Positions 14,941-17,654 of a DNA stretch of 17,654 bases are shown here, piece by piece. The DNA is from Cyclobacteriaceae bacterium (GTDB lineage: Bacteria; Bacteroidota; Bacteroidia; Cytophagales; Cyclobacteriaceae). Within the stretch, counting starts at the first letter, position 1. Each line of letters begins with the position of its first letter. Location of the stretch: the NCBI GenBank assembly GCA_029882725.1, contig JAOUKG010000003.1, forward strand, positions 1 to 17,654. Reading direction: 5' to 3'. The notes below the pieces were generated by a model, which saw nothing but the letters and a program-made list of their open reading frames with translations, searched no databases and was not told the DNA's origin. Position numbers and translations under genes: made by a program.

Positions 14941-16929
14941 TTAGCTTAACAATTGACGGAATATCTTAATATTTTCGTATTTCCCATTTACAAGTAATAC
15001 GTCTCCTTGAAACAATTTTTCATCGGGATGAATATTGCGCAACATTTGTTCTTTTCGAGAAATAGCCAGGATATTTATGCCATACTCTGCTCTGAGGTTT
15101 ATGTCTTTTAACGGCTTGTCTAGTAGCTTGCCACTATCTATTTTGATTCTAAAGCTTGTGATATAAAAATCCGGGAATTTTATTTGCCTAAAGGGCTTTG
15201 GAAGTGCTTTTTGATTTTGTAGTAAAAAGTAATTTTCCGATCTAATGGTTTCAACAAATTGTTCTATGTCATTTTCAGGTATCAGGAAATTATGCAATAC
15301 ACGAGAAAATATCTCAATTGACGTCTCAAATTCTTCAGGAATTACATCATCGGCCCCCAGTGCCAAAATCTCTGCAGTCTCATTTACATAGCGTGTTCTT
15401 ATAAGTAAATAGATTGATTGCGAAACAGCACGAATGTTTCCGATAATGATTTTTGTGGCCAAAGGATCAGATATTGCCACAACTACCGCTCGTGCGGTCG
15501 ATAAGAAAGCACTTTCCAATATGCGTTCTTGTGTGGCATCACCAAAGATTATTGGCACACCCTTTTTTTTCTCTTTTCTTACGGTATCTGCATTTAACTC
15601 TATCACTACATAGGGTATATTACTGTATTGTGCCGCTTTGGCAAGGTTAGAGCCGTTTATGCCATAACCAATTATTACAAGGTGGTTTTCGGTTTTGTTG
15701 GCTTCATCAGTTTTTTGATCCTGGGTAGATTCGAGTTGTGCTTTAGGGTTTAGTGATTTTACAAACTTTGAAAGGAAAAACACTTTGTAAATGTTTTCAG
15801 AAAACATGATGACAAAAGGAGTGAGAATCATGGATACAATTGAAACTGCCAAAAAGTATTGGTTCGCCTCAATGCTCAATAAATTATACTCAATACCAAC
15901 TTTAGAAAGAATAAACGCAAATTCACCCACTTGAAATAATGCAAGGCCGGTTAATAAAATGGTGCGGGGTGGGTATTTCAAAACAGCAATTGCCAATGAG
16001 GCAATACTGGATTTTAAAATAAAAATGCCCAATACAATTAATGAGATAAGGCCAATGTTCTCAATAAAGAAACCCAGGTCAAGTAGCATTCCAATTGATA
16101 TAAAAAAGAAACTTGTAAATAGCTCTCTAAATGGTAAAATGACACTTGTAGCTTGATGGCTATATTCAGACTCTGAGATTATTAAACCTGCTAAAAATGC
16201 TCCTAATGCCATTGATAAACCCGCTTCCGATGTTAGAAAAGCCACTGCAAAACATATAGTAATGGTTGTGAGCAAGAAGAGTTCTTTACTCTTGGTTTTG
16301 GCAATGGCATGCATGAGCTTTGGCATGACATATCTAGCACTAATTATGGTTACTACTATTACTATAGCCGATTTTAGGAGTAATTGTAATATACTTAAAG
16401 TTACGTTATCGGATTGCCCTGCAATTAAAGGTGTAAATAACATCATAGGAACCACAATGATGTCTTGAAAAATCAATATTGCTAAGGCATTTCGACCATG
16501 GGGGGAAGTTATTTCGTTTCTATCCTGAAAAACCTTTAGCACAATGGCTGTACTCGAAAGAGAAAACAGAAAACCTACAAATGCAGCTTCATTCCATGAA
16601 TAGCCTAATGAATAATAAGAAACTCCTACAACAAGAACTGTAATTCCAACCTGTATGAAACCACCAATAAAAACTGTTTTTTTGATGGAAGCCAACTGCC
16701 TTAAGGAAAGCTCCATTCCAATAACAAACAGTAGAAGTATAACTCCAATCTCAGATATAACCTCCACTTCTTCTACAGCATTAACAATCCCAAATCCGTA
16801 GGGGCCAATTATTATTCCCGTGATTATAAATCCTAAAATTGAAGGGAGTTTGAGGCGTTGTAGGATAAATACAATCACTACCGAAAAGCTCATTAGAATA
16901 AGTATGTCTTGTAATAGATGTGAAGGCAT
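14941..16929 (-). CDS. CPA2-family monovalent cation:proton antiporter (KefB/KefC-like K+/H+ antiporter) with TrkA-N (RCK) and TrkA-C domains
   Basis: 662 aa, ATG at 16929..16927. The N-terminus LQDILILMSFSVVIVFILQRLKLPSILGFIITGIIIGPYGFGIV is a typical Kef start, followed by ~12 TM helices. The Rossmann motif HLVIIGYGINGSNLAKAAQ marks TrkA-N. The C-terminal ...ITSFRIKIDSGKLLDKPLKDINLRAEYGINILAISRKEQMLRNIHPDEKLFQGDVLLVNG is TrkA-C. Confidence 0.9.
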   Translation of the reverse strand: MPSHLLQDILILMSFSVVIVFILQRLKLPSILGFIITGIIIGPYGFGIVNAVEEVEVISEIGVILLLFVIGMELSLRQLASIKKTVFIGGFIQVGITVLVVGVSYYSLGYSWNEAAFVGFLFSLSSTAIVLKVFQDRNEITSPHGRNALAILIFQDIIVVPMMLFTPLIAGQSDNVTLSILQLLLKSAIVIVVTIISARYVMPKLMHAIAKTKSKELFLLTTITICFAVAFLTSEAGLSMALGAFLAGLIISESEYSHQATSVILPFRELFTSFFFISIGMLLDLGFFIENIGLISLIVLGIFILKSSIASLAIAVLKYPPRTILLTGLALFQVGEFAFILSKVGIEYNLLSIEANQYFLAVSIVSMILTPFVIMFSENIYKVFFLSKFVKSLNPKAQLESTQDQKTDEANKTENHLVIIGYGINGSNLAKAAQYSNIPYVVIELNADTVRKEKKKGVPIIFGDATQERILESAFLSTARAVVVAISDPLATKIIIGNIRAVSQSIYLLIRTRYVNETAEILALGADDVIPEEFETSIEIFSRVLHNFLIPENDIEQFVETIRSENYFLLQNQKALPKPFRQIKFPDFYITSFRIKIDSGKLLDKPLKDINLRAEYGINILAISRKEQMLRNIHPDEKLFQGDVLLVNGKYENIKIFRQLLS

Positions 16930-17121
16930 TAGATTGTCTCGTTTTTAAAATCAAAACCTTACTGAAAGTTTAATACAATTATATGATAAATATATTGAAT
17001 ACTTTAAACAGTGAGGTAAGCCCCGGGCTTAATATCCTGATTTTACCTTTCCCTGAACATCAATGATTTCAGAATTCGACCCAAATAAAAAAACTATTTG
17101 AAACAGTATTGAAACCGAATT

Positions 17122-17488
17122 ATGCAGAATGTTTTTAACGATATAATGGAAGACATGAGCTATAATAAATTTGTAGTTGGTGATTTGTTATTTGTTGAAT
17201 ACCTATGCCCTATCACTGAGGAAGTTTGGAGCGTATGGACACAGACAGATTTTATTATACATGTGTTAAGGGGAAAAATTAACCACGGGTAAACAAGAAT
17301 GGATGCTGAATATAGGAGATACAGTTTATGTAAAAAACGGTTCTTTCTTGATGAATCAATACTTTGATGATGACTTTTATATGTTTGAATTTTTCATTAA
17401 TGATGAATTCATAAGGTCAACAATCACAGAGTTAATAGGCAGTTTGCCTATTAACGCAAAGGCTAAATTTAGAGCATCACCATCATAA
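17122..17488 (+). pseudogene. Small cupin-like (AraC N-terminal-like) protein gene split by a frameshift in an A5 run. It is either a pseudogene, a sequencing indel, or two unrelated small ORFs.
   Basis: The frame-A ORF 17122..17292 encodes MQNVFNDIMEDMSYNKFVVGDLLFVEYLCPITEEVWSVWTQTDFIIHVLRGKINHG*. Frame B is open from 17270 and contains the track ORF 17303..17488 (...GEKLTTGKQEWMLNIGDTVYVKNGSFLMNQYFDDDF...). Deleting one A from the A5 run at 17274..17278 fuses them into one 121-aa ORF. The junction ...IIHVLRGKLTTGKQEWMLNIGDTVYVKNGSF resembles a cupin beta-barrel G-x5-W-x-L-x-x-GD pattern. Confidence 0.3.
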
Positions 17489-17537
17489 TACAGATCAATA
17501 TTTTAATAAAACTCGATTTTTGAAGAGTGATCTAATT

Positions 17538-17654
17538 TCAGTCAATAAAATCAATTTGTTTCCATGCAAAGTCAATAGAATCATTTTTTTGTGATTTGCC
17601 CGGTGTACTTCGCCCTTCTTCGATGTAGGTAATTAACAATGATCTTAATTCAGT
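17538..17654 (-). CDS. Possible C-terminal fragment (38 aa) of a minus-strand gene that starts beyond the window end
   Basis: Reverse-complement translation from 17654 gives TELRSLLITYIEEGRSTPGKSQKNDSIDFAWKQIDFID*, with stop TGA at 17540..17538. It is open to the window edge and too short for the ORF track. I see no recognisable motif. Confidence 0.2.
   Translation of the reverse strand, partial: TELRSLLITYIEEGRSTPGKSQKNDSIDFAWKQIDFID

Noticed and set aside
1412-16468. Numerous 61-82 aa plus-strand ORFs in the track: 1412..1627, 4264..4482, 5453..5644, 7569..7817, 9979..10185, 10934..11134, 11497..11730, 12395..12589, 13417..13608, 15453..15650, 15959..16156 and 16262..16468. The minus-strand ORFs 3068..3256 and 6133..6324 are nested inside larger genes.
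   Set aside because: All lie antisense to, or out of frame within, long minus-strand genes with clear domain content. Their composition is the low-complexity mirror of the real frame. They are shadow ORFs.
17017-17031. Short palindrome taagccc-c-gggctta upstream of the antiporter gene
   Set aside because: A 7-bp stem with a 1-nt loop is sterically implausible as a hairpin, and there is only a single occurrence. It was noted only as a possible protein-binding half-site pair.

Overview
17.65 kb, AT-rich (about one-third GC), gene-dense chromosomal segment. Every confident gene is on the minus strand; only a short, possibly frameshifted ORF at the 3' end reads on the plus strand. Gene content and the candidate TAnnTTTG promoter motifs suggest a Bacteroidota (Flavobacteriia/Sphingobacteriia-like) genome; this is an inference, not a database hit.

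Minus-strand genes, from high to low coordinate:
- CPA2 K+/H+ antiporter (Kef-type) with TrkA-N and TrkA-C domains.
- S41 peptidase with a PDZ domain, whose stop lies 2 nt from the start of a secreted helical hypothetical protein.
- OmpR-family response regulator plus HAMP/HisKA sensor kinase.
- SulP/STAS anion transporter followed by a beta-carbonic anhydrase.
- DUF5009/HGSNAT-like membrane acyltransferase.
- YdeI/OmdA-like protein ending in a complete CDGSH iron-sulfur motif.
- Membrane-anchored SPFH/flotillin-like coiled-coil protein.
- TetR regulator, ABC half-transporter and HlyD adaptor operon with overlapping stop/start codons. The HlyD gene runs off the window start.

No tRNA, rRNA, CRISPR array, transposase or integrase was found.

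The points most worth a second look:
- The ABC exporter's nucleotide-binding domain has lost almost every catalytic motif, and the Walker A motif is weakened.
- Two GC-rich, ACGT-cored palindromic or tandem-repeat elements sit in intergenic gaps of this AT-rich segment.
- A YdeI-like protein carries a fused C-terminal CDGSH motif.
- A translationally coupled S41 peptidase and secreted-protein pair.
- An A5-homopolymer frameshift splits a cupin-like gene at the 3' end.

All domain calls are by-eye motif recognition and need profile searches to confirm.
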